Assembly: GCA_044229975.1 (NCBI GenBank)
Contig: JBGARZ010000021.1
Span: 1 to 64,000, forward strand
Length of the DNA: 64,000 nt
DNA from: Polyangiales bacterium
Lineage (GTDB): Bacteria; Myxococcota_A; Polyangia; Polyangiales; Ga0077539
Reading direction: 5' to 3'
The notes beneath the pieces were generated by a model. That model was not told the origin of the DNA, searched no databases, and saw only the letters and a list, made by a program, of their open reading frames with translations. The position numbers were made by a program, and so were the translations under genes. This document shows positions 54,493-64,000 of the stretch, in pieces (within the stretch, counting starts at the first letter, position 1; the number at the start of each line of letters is the position of its first letter).

Positions 54493-56064
54493 TCACGCGT
54501 CCGTCGTCGCGAGCGGAGCGAGTGCCGCTGCCAAGGACGCAGCATCGGGAAAGCGCTCCACCGGATTCTTGGCGAGGCACTTCATCACCACGGCCGTGAG
54601 CGCGGGCGGCACGAGGGCGCCGCGCGCTTCGAGCGAGGGCGGCTCCTGGGTCATGTGCATGAGGACGGTGGTGGCCGCGTTGCCCGTGTCGAAGGGCGGT
54701 TGTCCGCAGAGGGCGAAGTACATCACGCAGCCCACGGAGTAGAGGTCGGCGCGGGCGTCGATGGCTTCCCCCGCGCCCTGCTCGGGGGCCATGAAGAGGG
54801 GCGTTCCGAGCATGATGCCCTCGCGGGTGATGTCGCTCGTCGGAGCGAGCGTCCCGCGGGTGGAAGCGATCTTGGCGACGCCGAAGTCGAGCACCTTCAG
54901 GAAGTCGGGCTGCCCCGCGAGCTGGGCGATCATCAGGTTGTCGGGCTTGATGTCGCGGTGGATGATCCCGTGGGCGTGGGCCTCGCCGAGCGCGCCCGCC
55001 GTCTGGAGCGCGATGCGGGCGACGCGCGCAGGAGCGAGCGGGCCGTCGCGGTGCACGAGGGTGGAGAGCGTCTCGCCGGGGAGGTGCTCCATCACGTAGT
55101 ACCAGTGCCCGTCTTCGGTGGTTCCGTAGTCGAAGACGCGCACCGTGTTGGGGTGCACGAGGTCGGCCGTCGCGCGCACCTCGCGCTCGAAGCGATGCAC
55201 GGCCGCGGCGTTGGGCTCGCCCTTCAAGAGCTTCACCGCGACGTCGCGCTTGAGGGCCGGGTGGTGCGCGAGCCAGACCTCGCCCATCGCGCCGGCGCCG
55301 AGCTTGTGCTTGAAGCGATAGCGACCGACCGAGCGGGTCTCCAGCACGCGGCGTCGCAGCGCCCAGGTCGCGTGACCGCCGGTCGCCGCGAGGACGAAGG
55401 TGACGAGCTGGAGCCCGACGCCGAGGGCAAACTCCGAGACGCGCTCGGGGTGCCGGAAGTCCTCTGCGATGGTGGGCGAGAACCACGCCGCGACGCCCAG
55501 GGTGACTCCGAAGAGCAACGCCGGGATGAGTCCCCAGGTGGCGTTGCGCTGCCAGGGTTCGGGGAGCGCGACGGCGCGGGCCACGAGCACGCACGACACC
55601 GCGTGGGCGTAGGGGCTCGCGATGCCCTTGTACTCCATGGCCATCATGGCGACGGAGATCGCCGCGGTGCCGTGGGCCATCAGCTCCAGCGCGCGAAGCT
55701 CGGCCGGCGAGGGCGGCGGATCGGAGCGCAGTCGAAACACCTCGCCCACCAGCACCACGAGGACCGTCGCGCGCCACACCAGAAACCACCCGATGGGGCG
55801 GTGGGTGACGAAGGTGGTGGCGTTCCAGTCGCAGGCGATGGTGAGCACCCAGAGGGCCGCGGCGACGGTGTGCACCGTGCGCAGGCGCGAGACGTTGGCG
55901 AGGTGCTCCTGCGCGTCGATGCGCTCGGCGGCGCTGCGCGAGCGGGTGCCCAGGCCACTGCTGCTGGAGGGGTCGGTCGCGCCGAGGCGCGGGGTGCCGG
56001 GCGTCGATGCCGACGGCCGACCATCGGCGGATCTCTGGACGCCTGAGCCCACGGGAGGGCGCAA
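54493..56064 (-). CDS. Hanks-type Ser/Thr kinase with N-terminal multi-TM sensor (start uncertain)
   Basis: About 5-6 hydrophobic segments, then LGAGAMGEV, VAVK, HRDIKPDN, LDFGVA and GTPLFMAPE. Confidence 0.9.
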   Translation of the reverse strand: MRPPVGSGVQRSADGRPSASTPGTPRLGATDPSSSSGLGTRSRSAAERIDAQEHLANVSRLRTVHTVAAALWVLTIACDWNATTFVTHRPIGWFLVWRATVLVVLVGEVFRLRSDPPPSPAELRALELMAHGTAAISVAMMAMEYKGIASPYAHAVSCVLVARAVALPEPWQRNATWGLIPALLFGVTLGVAAWFSPTIAEDFRHPERVSEFALGVGLQLVTFVLAATGGHATWALRRRVLETRSVGRYRFKHKLGAGAMGEVWLAHHPALKRDVAVKLLKGEPNAAAVHRFEREVRATADLVHPNTVRVFDYGTTEDGHWYYVMEHLPGETLSTLVHRDGPLAPARVARIALQTAGALGEAHAHGIIHRDIKPDNLMIAQLAGQPDFLKVLDFGVAKIASTRGTLAPTSDITREGIMLGTPLFMAPEQGAGEAIDARADLYSVGCVMYFALCGQPPFDTGNAATTVLMHMTQEPPSLEARGALVPPALTAVVMKCLAKNPVERFPDAASLAAALAPLATTDA

Positions 56065-56162
56065 GCGATCACGCCCACCGACGCATCGTCAAGCGTTCGT
56101 CGGTGCGAGAGACCCAGTGCTGCGAAGGAGAGTCGAGAGGGAGGGAGAGAAGGAGAGGACGA

Positions 56163-56591
56163 TCAGCCGCCGCGACGGCCGCCGCCACCGCCGCCGCCAC
56201 GGGGGCCGCCGCGACCACCGCCACCGCCGCCGCCGCCGTAGCCGCCGCCACCGCCGTAGCCACCACCGCCGCCACCGCCGCCGCCGCCGTAGCCGCCGCC
56301 ACCACCGCCGTAGCCACCACCGCCGCCGCCACCGCCGCGGTTTTCACGCTCGCGGGCCTCGTTGACGGTGAGGGCGCGGCCGCCGAAGTTGAGGCCGTGC
56401 ACCGCCTTGATGGCCGCGATGGCTTCGGCCTCGCTGTTCATCTCGACGAACGCGAAGCCGCGGGGGCGGCCGGTCTCGCGGTCTTCGACGATGCGAACCT
56501 CTCGCACGCCGCCGCTCGGCTCGAAGAGGGCGCGCACCTGAGGCTCATCTGCGGTGAAGGGAAGGTTGCCGACGTAGATTCTGGATCCCAT
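56163..56591 (-). CDS. RRM (RNP-1) RNA-binding protein with Gly/Tyr-rich tail
   Basis: RNP2 IYVGNL, RNP1 RGFAFVEM, and VNEARER followed by GGGY repeats. Confidence 0.95.
   Translation of the reverse strand: MGSRIYVGNLPFTADEPQVRALFEPSGGVREVRIVEDRETGRPRGFAFVEMNSEAEAIAAIKAVHGLNFGGRALTVNEARERENRGGGGGGGGYGGGGGGYGGGGGGGGGGYGGGGGYGGGGGGGGRGGPRGGGGGGGRRGG
56220..56324. repeat. Tandem duplication (51 bp + 54 bp) in the Gly-rich tail
   Basis: Unit gccaccgccgccgccgccgtagccgccgcca(cca)ccgccgtagccaccaccgcc occurs twice. Confidence 0.8.
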
Positions 56592-56888
56592 GACACGACC
56601 TCGGACAGTTGTGACGGACGCCCGGAGTTGGGGAGCGTCTCGTCGGGCGATGCACCGTCACACGACCGTGGTCTGCGCCGTGGTGACGACCACTGCGAGG
56701 ATGGGGTGACGGGCCATCCACCAGACCACGCCTGGGATGAGCACCACCCCCACTGCCACCCTTCGATGACGGCGGCGGCTCCATGTCCGTGGGTGAAACG
56801 GCTATGAACCCGCAAGCGTCGGCGACCCTATCATCGCGTCCCGAAACGGTCTATCGCCCCCGGAGGGATTTTCTCCGCCCGGGCGCCG

Positions 56889-57770
56889 TCACGGCCGGGT
56901 GAGCGCATCGAGCCACGCCTCGGGAGGTCCCCGCCGGAGCACCCCGCCGAGGTCGAAGAGGGTGATGGCATCGACCCCTTCGCGCCGCGCGGCGGCGACG
57001 TCGGCCGCGAGCTCGGCGGGGTCGCGGTAGCGCGGCTCGTCACCCAGCGCGCCCACGTCGACGACCCCGAGCGAGACGCCCGCGGCGTGACCGAAGCGGC
57101 GTCGGGCGGCCGCCGAACCGCGCGCGAGCAGGTCGACGGCGCGGTCGCGGCGAACGAATCCACCCGACCAGCCCTCCATCATCGAGGTGTAGAGCATGAC
57201 GCTGGCGTGGTCCCAGGGGAGGGCGTCGACGGGGACGGACAGCACGCGTTGGATGGGGCGCAGTCGACCGCCGCGCGGATCGAGGAGGACGAAGGGCAGC
57301 ACCGCGGACGTGCAGAGAACCCCGCGCTCGTGGACGGCGCCGATGAGGGTGCGGAAGAGGGCGCGGGCGGCGGTCCAGTTGGTTCCGTTGATGGAGGCGA
57401 GGGAGGGCCACACGGCAGCGGGCGAGCGCAGCGCGGTGGTGACGACGCCGAAGGGCGGTTCGAGGTCGACGGCAATATCGATGATGCGCGCCCCATCGGG
57501 GACGGCATCGAGGAGGTCGCGCACGAAGCGGGTGAACGCGAGGGCGTTGAGCGCGTTGGCCCAGCGGCCGTCGGCGTCGGCGATCATCGGCCAGAGGCCG
57601 AGACCCACGCCCGCGTCGTTGCAGGCGCCGACGAGGGCGGGCACGTCGACGAGGTCCCACGGGCGCACGGCGGCGACGAGCTCCACGTCGAAGCGGGCGA
57701 GCAGCCGCAGGGTCGATGGGTCCGTGAGCGCGGAGAAGGGGAGCGTCTCGCTCCAGACGCGGCGGCGCAT
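56889..57770 (-). CDS. Hypothetical protein, possibly a glycoside-hydrolase-like TIM barrel
   Basis: Alternating beta/alpha pattern, with GLWPM, AVDLEPP, SVMLY and TLFDLGG motifs. Confidence 0.65.
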   Translation of the reverse strand: MRRRVWSETLPFSALTDPSTLRLLARFDVELVAAVRPWDLVDVPALVGACNDAGVGLGLWPMIADADGRWANALNALAFTRFVRDLLDAVPDGARIIDIAVDLEPPFGVVTTALRSPAAVWPSLASINGTNWTAARALFRTLIGAVHERGVLCTSAVLPFVLLDPRGGRLRPIQRVLSVPVDALPWDHASVMLYTSMMEGWSGGFVRRDRAVDLLARGSAAARRRFGHAAGVSLGVVDVGALGDEPRYRDPAELAADVAAARREGVDAITLFDLGGVLRRGPPEAWLDALTRP

Positions 57771-57812
57771 CGGTCAGCGCTCCCGCGCGGGGCCTGCGGT
57801 ATGGTCCGCGGG

Positions 57813-58913
57813 ATGAAGATCCTCTACGGGGTGGTGGGCGAGGGATTGGGTCACGCGATGCGCTCGCGGGTGGTGTTGGAGCACCTCGTCGCGGCGGGGC
57901 ACGAGGTGCAGGTGATGGCCTCGGGGCGCGCGGTGGACTTCCTCTCGAAGCGCTTCAGCGGGGTGCACCAGATCCATGGGTACCACATGATCCTGGAGGA
58001 GAACCGCGTGCGGAAGACGAAGACCCTCTGGTCCAACGTCACCAGCGGCCTCACCGGAACGCCCAAGAACATCCTCGCGTACTTCGACCTGCTCGACAGC
58101 TTCCGCGCCGAGGCGGTCATCTCCGACTTCGAGTCGTGGACCTGGCTCTACGCGAAGAACCAGCGCCTCCCCATCGTGTCGATCGACAACATGCAGGTGA
58201 TCAACCGCTGCACCCTCGACCCGCGCGTCGTCGACGGCGCCGAGGCGGAGTTCGCCGTCGCCAGGGCCTTCGTGAAGGCCAAGCTCCCGTTCTGCGATCG
58301 CTACCTCATCACGACCTTCTTCCGGCCGCCGGTGCGCAAGGCGCGCACGGCGCTGCACGCGCCCATCCTGCGGCCGGAGATTCTCGCCGCGACGCGCAGC
58401 GCGGGCGAACACCTGCTCGTCTACCAGACGGGCGGCGGCGACCAGACGCTCATCGACGCGCTCAAGGCGACGGGCCTGGAGTGTCGTGTCTACGGCGTGC
58501 GTCGCGACATCAGCGAGGACGTGCGCGACGACAACCTCGTGTACCGACCCATCGGCGAGAAGGGCTTCATCGCCGACCTCGCGAGCTGCCGCGGGGTCAT
58601 CGCGTCGGCGGGCTTCACGCTGATGGGGGAGGCCGTGTACCTGCGCAAGCCGATGCTGGCGGTGCCGCTGGCGGGGCAGTTCGAGCAGATCCTCAACGCG
58701 CGCTACCTCGACCTCATGGGGTACGGGGCGTGGGCGCCGTCGCTCGATGATCCGCGGGTCATCGCGGACTTCGTGAAGGCGCTTCCACGCTACGAGGCCG
58801 CCCTCGCGACGTACACGCAGGACGGCAACAAGGTGCTGCTGGCGGACCTCGACGCGACGCTCGACCGCTTCGCGGCGGGCCAGCGTGCAGAGGAAGAAGG
58901 CGAAGAAGACTGA
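57813..58913 (+). CDS. GT-B glycosyltransferase, MJ1255/VC2487-like
   Basis: MKILYGVVGEGLGHAMRS, VISDFE, SIDNM and AGFTLMGEAVYLRKPMLAVPLAGQFEQILNA. Confidence 0.9.
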   Translation: MKILYGVVGEGLGHAMRSRVVLEHLVAAGHEVQVMASGRAVDFLSKRFSGVHQIHGYHMILEENRVRKTKTLWSNVTSGLTGTPKNILAYFDLLDSFRAEAVISDFESWTWLYAKNQRLPIVSIDNMQVINRCTLDPRVVDGAEAEFAVARAFVKAKLPFCDRYLITTFFRPPVRKARTALHAPILRPEILAATRSAGEHLLVYQTGGGDQTLIDALKATGLECRVYGVRRDISEDVRDDNLVYRPIGEKGFIADLASCRGVIASAGFTLMGEAVYLRKPMLAVPLAGQFEQILNARYLDLMGYGAWAPSLDDPRVIADFVKALPRYEAALATYTQDGNKVLLADLDATLDRFAAGQRAEEEGEED

Positions 58914-58917
58914 GGGG

Positions 58918-61900
58918 TTATTCGAGCGTCTCGGTGGCGGTCGGGACGAGCGTCGGGTCGATGGGCTCTTCGACGAGTTCGCCGTTGTGGATGACATAGG
59001 CACGGGCCCGGTGCGCGGCGTCGAGGGCGACGTCGACCTGAACCGCGCGCGGTCGGTCACCGCCAGCGAGTCGCAACAGCAGCGTGGCGTGCGCCGAGCG
59101 ACCGCCGCGTAGACCGACGCGACCGCGCACCACGAGGCGCAACCCCTCCACGGCCGTGAGCGGCTGAAAGACCCGCAGCCCAAGCGCGAGCGGCGACTCA
59201 CCGACTTCCGCGAAGGCGACGTCGTCGGGGGAGCGGGCGAGCAGCTCCAGGCCGACGTCGGGGTGGCTCCAGCGCAGCGCGATGGTGTCGCGGCTCGCGG
59301 CGCGGGTTCCGCGGGTCCACGCGCGCAGGCCCGGGTCGTCGGGTCGCGCGGCGGCGATGCGCAGCACCTCACGGTCGAGCACGGCACGCAGTCCGGCCAC
59401 GAGCGCCGCGTCGCCGCTGCCTTCGGAGGCCGCGCGGAGGGTTCGCAGCGCCTCGTCCTCGCGGCCCGCGCCGAGGGCGGCCATGGCCACGCGCACCTCG
59501 ACGGCGGGGTCGCCGGGGCGGAGCGCGCGCAGCGTCACGTACTGGGCGTACGCCTCCTCGAACCACTCGAAGGCCAGCAACAGATCGCCCAGTCGCTCGC
59601 GCGCCGCAGGGTCGTACGGGGCGCCCTCGACGATCTCCGAGAAGGCTCGCAGCGCTTCGTCGCGCGCGCCCAACCGGAGCAGGAGTTCGCCCACGCGGCT
59701 GCGGACCCGCGCATCGGCAGCCGGGTCGCGGCGCAGTCGATCGGCGATGGCGCGCGCCTCGGGTCCGCGGTCGACGGCGGCGAGGGCGTCCATGTAGCGG
59801 AGCAGGAGGTCGATGTCGCGCGGGGCGACGGCGAGCCACGCGCGGAGGATGTCCACGCGCTGGGCCGGCGTGACGCCAGGCGTGGCGAGGCGGCGGAGGA
59901 GCGCGTCCCAGTCGACGAGCTCGGTGCGACCGTGCGCGGCGCGCCACGCGAAGGCCGGACCGAAGCGACGCGCGAGCGCGGTGTCGAACCAGTCGATGAC
60001 CGAGGGATCGACGAGGCCCTCGCGCAGCGTCGACAGCGCGGCCGGGTCGTGCAGCCCTTCGAGGAAGACCTCCAGCAACGCGACGCGGTCCTCCCACCAG
60101 CGGAGCTCGCAGCGGTTGCGGGCGTCGGTCCAGACCGCGACGGCGCCGTACGCATCCTCGCCGCGTGTGCGCCAGCGCTCACGCCAGAGCGCCGCGCGGA
60201 GCGTTCGCGGGAGCTGCGCGCTCGACGGGCACCGCGCCGCTGCGGGCCCACGCCCGCCGCCTTCTGCGGGCGGGTCGAAGCGGAACGTGCGATCGACGGT
60301 GTCGGGCGTCGCGCCGAGGAGTTCGAGCGACGGGAACGTCACCGATGCGACGGCGCGCTGCACGCACGCTTCGGTCTCGACGTCGCGCAGGGTCGAGCTC
60401 GCGACGGTGGCGAGGCTCACGTGCCCGTCGGCGCCGACGGTGGCGCGCACGGTGACCTCTCCCGCGAGGGTGGGGCGCAGCGCGCGCTTGCGGGCGACGC
60501 AGGCGTTGGCGGCGTCTCCTGCGCTGGCGAGCGCGGCGACGAGCGCGGCGCGTCCGCCGAGCCCCTGGCCCTCGCCGAGGGCGTGGGGCGTCCAGCCGCT
60601 GCCGTCGTCGATGGCGATGGGCGCGGCGTGGCTCTCGCCGAAGCGCGCGATGCCGCGGGGCGAGATGGACTCCGCGACGCCGAGCGCGGGGAGCGACGTG
60701 CGGGCGGTGTCCTCTTCCCACAAGCTCGAACGCGCGAAGAGCCCGGTGGCGTCTGGTGCCGAAGCGCCGAGCGCGAGGCCCGACACGGAGGTCACCAGGC
60801 CGAAGCGGGCGCCGAGGTCGGCGACGGCGCCGCGGCTGCCGCCCTGGGCGATGAGGTCACGCACCCGGAGCTGGGCCCAGCGCCGTTGCAGATCGCCCTC
60901 ATCGAACACGGGCGTGGGGTTGATCGGGAGCGTCCACTCGCGGACATCAGCGCCGACGCGGGCGCGCACACGAACCTCCTTCGGGAGCTTGCCCTCGACG
61001 ACGCCCACGAAGCGCAGCGGGTCGCCCGCAAACCATCGATCGACCCGCGCCGGGAGCATGGTGTGCACCGTGTTGCCCGCGGTGACGACGACGTCGCGGA
61101 GCATCGGCTGCATCGCCCTCGCGACGAGTCGACCCGAAGCGGCGACGGCCTCGGCGCGGTCGGTCGCGCGCTCGGTGGCGTGCGCTCCGGCGGCGAGAGG
61201 AGCGAGCACCTCGGGGTGCGCGTCGCTGCCGAGGCCGAGCACGTAGAGGCGCAGGTCGGGCGCCTGGCGGCGCAGGTCGTCGCGCAGGCGCGACGGGTCG
61301 ATGGGGCCCACCGTGGGGGTCGCGTCGCCGAGGTAGATGATCACACCGTTGCGCGACGGATCGAGCGCCGCGTTGGCATCCGCGAGGATGCGCCCGAGGT
61401 TGGTCGCTCCGCCGAGTCGCACCCGCGCGACGGCGTCGACGATGGCCTCGCGGCGCGCGTCGTCGAGGCGGCTCAAGGCGCCCGCGGGCCCGGCTGCGGG
61501 GCGTCCGCGGAGGTCACCGAACCACAACGCCACGCGATCGGAGGCGCCGAGCTGGCGGAGCATGGCGTCGACCGCGGCGCGGGCCATCTCCAGGGCGCTG
61601 CGTTCGGTTCCGGCGGAGTCGTCGACCACGACGATGACGTCGCTGCCGTCGAGGGTGGGCGTCGGCAGCGCGAGGTCGACGGAGAGCGAGGAGGTGCCGT
61701 TGTGGGCGCTGCGCCAGGCGCGGGCCGACGGCGTGGCCGAAGGCGCATCGGTGAGCTCGACGGCGGTCTCGCCGCGCGGGCGGTAGTCGCTGCGGCGCAA
61801 GCGCACGTGACCCTCGACGAGGCGGGCGCCCTCGGGGATGGCCACGGAGCGGGCGCCCGCGCGCGACACGTCGACGTCGACGCTGTACTCGCCGATGAGC

Positions 61901-62910
61901 GGCGGGTCGGTGGCGGCCGTTCCGGCGACGTAGATGCGGCGGTTGCCGTCGCGGGTGAGCCACTGCGTCCACGAGAGCGAGACGCGCAGCTCCTCGCCCG
62001 GGGCGAGCGTCCCCAGGTAGGCGCGGGCCGTCCCGTCGTCGTCGGCGTAGAGGGCCGAGGACACGCCGTCGCGCGAGACGCGCGAGAGCACCACGGGGGA
62101 GGAGTCGGTCCACGTTGCTTCGCCGTGCGCGACGCGGAAGCTCGACACGATCGCGCCTTCCGGGAGCGGGAGCCGCCAGTCCACCTCCGACGCGCTGGGC
62201 GCGCCGTTGAAGAAGCGCTGCTCGACGGTGGTCACCGCGAGGTCGCCGCGGATGGCTGTTCGCACCTCGTGCGAGCGCACCGCCAAGGCCATGGGCGCCT
62301 CCCCGTCCGTGACGTGCGCGAAGGCTGCGCCCACGCCGCGCCCGGGAGGACGCGCGATGCCCTGCGGGGAGGCCGCTCCGCCCGTCCAGTCGTCCCACAC
62401 CGAGGCCGCGCGCGGCGTGAGCTCACCTGTCCCCTCCAGCGACTCGCCCTGCGCGAGCTGACCCTGCCGTCGACCCTGTCGCCACGCGACCTCGCCGCGC
62501 ACCACGATCACCCGCGCGCCCGCGGTGTCGCGTTCGAGCTCCAGGGCCGCGTCGCCGATCTCCACGCGCGCTTCACCCACCTGGAAGCCGCGCGCGTCGA
62601 CGCCTCGCCCCGTGGCAAACACCCGCCCGCGCTCCAGCGATGCGACGCCGTCGACGAAGCGCAGGCTGGTATCACCCGCGACGCGCAGCTCCAGGCCGTT
62701 GTCGGTGTGCAGCACCGCGCGGCCCGCGGTGTCCGTGACGACGATTCCCGCGCACGGAACCCGCGCGCTTCGGGCGACGGACTCGCTCGCGACGGTCACG
62801 CCGCCGTGCTGGACATCGAGCGTCGCACACGTGGTCGGCGCCGACCGGAGGGCCTGCGCCCGGCCGCCGCAACCGATGGCGAGCGCCGCGAAAACGCAGA
62901 CCGCCCTCAT
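58918..62910 (-). CDS. Lipoprotein with FecR-like, VIT, VWA, TonB-C/AgmX-like and TPR domains
   Basis: Lipobox IGC; VIT AVTTVEQRFFN..LPEGAIVSSF; VWA VVDDSAG..GATNL..YLGDA; LVTSVS; LAGEVTVRATVGADGHV..STL....EACV; TPRs; RWSHPD. Start at ATG 62910. Confidence 0.82.
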   Translation of the reverse strand: MRAVCVFAALAIGCGGRAQALRSAPTTCATLDVQHGGVTVASESVARSARVPCAGIVVTDTAGRAVLHTDNGLELRVAGDTSLRFVDGVASLERGRVFATGRGVDARGFQVGEARVEIGDAALELERDTAGARVIVVRGEVAWRQGRRQGQLAQGESLEGTGELTPRAASVWDDWTGGAASPQGIARPPGRGVGAAFAHVTDGEAPMALAVRSHEVRTAIRGDLAVTTVEQRFFNGAPSASEVDWRLPLPEGAIVSSFRVAHGEATWTDSSPVVLSRVSRDGVSSALYADDDGTARAYLGTLAPGEELRVSLSWTQWLTRDGNRRIYVAGTAATDPPLIGEYSVDVDVSRAGARSVAIPEGARLVEGHVRLRRSDYRPRGETAVELTDAPSATPSARAWRSAHNGTSSLSVDLALPTPTLDGSDVIVVVDDSAGTERSALEMARAAVDAMLRQLGASDRVALWFGDLRGRPAAGPAGALSRLDDARREAIVDAVARVRLGGATNLGRILADANAALDPSRNGVIIYLGDATPTVGPIDPSRLRDDLRRQAPDLRLYVLGLGSDAHPEVLAPLAAGAHATERATDRAEAVAASGRLVARAMQPMLRDVVVTAGNTVHTMLPARVDRWFAGDPLRFVGVVEGKLPKEVRVRARVGADVREWTLPINPTPVFDEGDLQRRWAQLRVRDLIAQGGSRGAVADLGARFGLVTSVSGLALGASAPDATGLFARSSLWEEDTARTSLPALGVAESISPRGIARFGESHAAPIAIDDGSGWTPHALGEGQGLGGRAALVAALASAGDAANACVARKRALRPTLAGEVTVRATVGADGHVSLATVASSTLRDVETEACVQRAVASVTFPSLELLGATPDTVDRTFRFDPPAEGGGRGPAAARCPSSAQLPRTLRAALWRERWRTRGEDAYGAVAVWTDARNRCELRWWEDRVALLEVFLEGLHDPAALSTLREGLVDPSVIDWFDTALARRFGPAFAWRAAHGRTELVDWDALLRRLATPGVTPAQRVDILRAWLAVAPRDIDLLLRYMDALAAVDRGPEARAIADRLRRDPAADARVRSRVGELLLRLGARDEALRAFSEIVEGAPYDPAARERLGDLLLAFEWFEEAYAQYVTLRALRPGDPAVEVRVAMAALGAGREDEALRTLRAASEGSGDAALVAGLRAVLDREVLRIAAARPDDPGLRAWTRGTRAASRDTIALRWSHPDVGLELLARSPDDVAFAEVGESPLALGLRVFQPLTAVEGLRLVVRGRVGLRGGRSAHATLLLRLAGGDRPRAVQVDVALDAAHRARAYVIHNGELVEEPIDPTLVPTATETLE

Positions 62911-64000
62911 CGTGCACCCCCAACCGGAGCAGCAACGAGCGGACGCTCGGTGAGCGCGGTGGGCGTCACGTCGAAGACCACGCGCGGGTGCTCCGGGTCG
63001 AAGGTGACCGTGGTGCGGAGCAGTCGCTCGTCGGCGGTTCCTTCGGCCCACAACACGATGAGGTCGGCGGTGCCGCGCGGCCTCGCGCCGCCGCCGCGTC
63101 GCACCTCCAGCGAGAGCGCGGTGGGGCGCTCGGCCAGCGTCGTGGCCTCCAACGGAACCGCCGACGCCACCACATCCGCTCGCTGCGACGGCGCACCGGG
63201 CAGCGTCACCCAGAGCTCGGCGCCATCGTCAGGGTGCGTCCAACGAAGGACGGCCCGCACGGCTCCCGCTCCTTGCGCGGCGGGGCTCCGGCGCCAGCGG
63301 GCGCGGAGCTGCGGCACCGAGGCGGCGGGCAGCGCGGGGTCGTTGGAGGCGATGGCGAGCTCGCAGGCCACCCACGCCACGACCGCTTCGATGAGTGGTG
63401 CCCGTGCGCCCGGAGCGCTCTCGGCGGTCACCCGCTCGGCGAGGCGAATGGCCTCGTCGAGGCGACCGAGCATCCGCGCCGCCCACGCCACGCGCACGAG
63501 AATCTCCGGCGCGTCGGACTGCGACGACGCCAGCGTCTGAAACTGCCGGTACGCCTCGTCGGCCCACCCGTGCGACAGCGCGATGTCGCCCAGCCGCTGC
63601 CGCGCGAAGGGGTCGTCCGGCGCAAACTCCACGATCTCGCTGAAGGCCCGGCGCGCCTCGGGCTCGTCGTGCACCGCGAGCAGCGCTTCGCCCACGGCCG
63701 TACGGACGCGCGCGTCGGCCCGTGGGTCCGATCGGAGTCGCTGTGCCGTGCGGTGCACCTCGTCGGCGTCGCCCGCCGCGGAGGCCGCGTCGAGGGTCAG
63801 CAGCATCAGGTCGAGGTCGTCGGGGAAGCGCCGCGCCAGCGTCTGGAGCAGCGCACGCCGCGCGGCGGGGTCGGTCGCCGTGGTGAGCATCTGCGTGAGC
63901 TGCGATGGGTCGAGCCGACCGAGCCCGAGCTCGCCTACGCGGGAGAGGTCACCCGCGCGCGCCATGGCCCGCATCGCCTGCTGCTGGAGCCAGCGCTTCG
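62907..64000 (-). CDS. C-terminal part of a paralogue of the adjacent VIT/VWA-TPR protein (truncated by window end)
   Basis: RLRSDPRADARVRTAVGE..RAFSEIVEFAPDDPFARQRLGD..EAY.Q..LRWTHPD matches the neighbour's RLRRDPAADARVRSRVGE..RAFSEIVEGAPYDPAARERLGD..LRWSHPD. ATGA overlap. Confidence 0.85.
   Translation of the reverse strand, partial: KRWLQQQAMRAMARAGDLSRVGELGLGRLDPSQLTQMLTTATDPAARRALLQTLARRFPDDLDLMLLTLDAASAAGDADEVHRTAQRLRSDPRADARVRTAVGEALLAVHDEPEARRAFSEIVEFAPDDPFARQRLGDIALSHGWADEAYRQFQTLASSQSDAPEILVRVAWAARMLGRLDEAIRLAERVTAESAPGARAPLIEAVVAWVACELAIASNDPALPAASVPQLRARWRRSPAAQGAGAVRAVLRWTHPDDGAELWVTLPGAPSQRADVVASAVPLEATTLAERPTALSLEVRRGGGARPRGTADLIVLWAEGTADERLLRTTVTFDPEHPRVVFDVTPTALTERPLVAAPVGGAR

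Overview
High-GC bacterial chromosomal window, most consistent with Myxococcota (Polyangia-like). This is inferred from gene content: Cys-rich lipoproteins, Ser/Thr kinases, DUF1844 and AgmX/PglI-type domains. Bases 1-13.5 kb hold the core cluster tuf(3' end)-rpmG-tRNA-Trp-secE-nusG-rplKAJL-rpoBC, with strongly structured intergenic leaders and an unusually long RpoC carrying three apparent insertions. One insertion looks like an extra copy of a beta-prime module. The rest mixes housekeeping genes (dnaK, an HtrA protease, ruvB, a UbiA-family transferase, ald, tyrS, an RRM protein) with large envelope genes: a Cys-rich/TSP3/VWA lipoprotein, an active plus inactive DUF3857-transglutaminase pair, a Gld-like ABC/DUF4340 operon, tandem Ser/Thr kinases and tandem VIT/VWA-TPR paralogues. 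The best candidate for an undescribed system is 36.8-43.1 kb. It encodes a Cys-rich lipoprotein, a small lipoprotein, a collectin-like protein (collagen stalk plus three C-type-lectin-like repeats) and an FGE-fold lipoprotein, and a low-GC cassette begins exactly where the collagen repeat ends. No CRISPR array, transposase, integrase, reverse transcriptase or rRNA was seen. Domain calls come from motif recognition by eye, not database searches.
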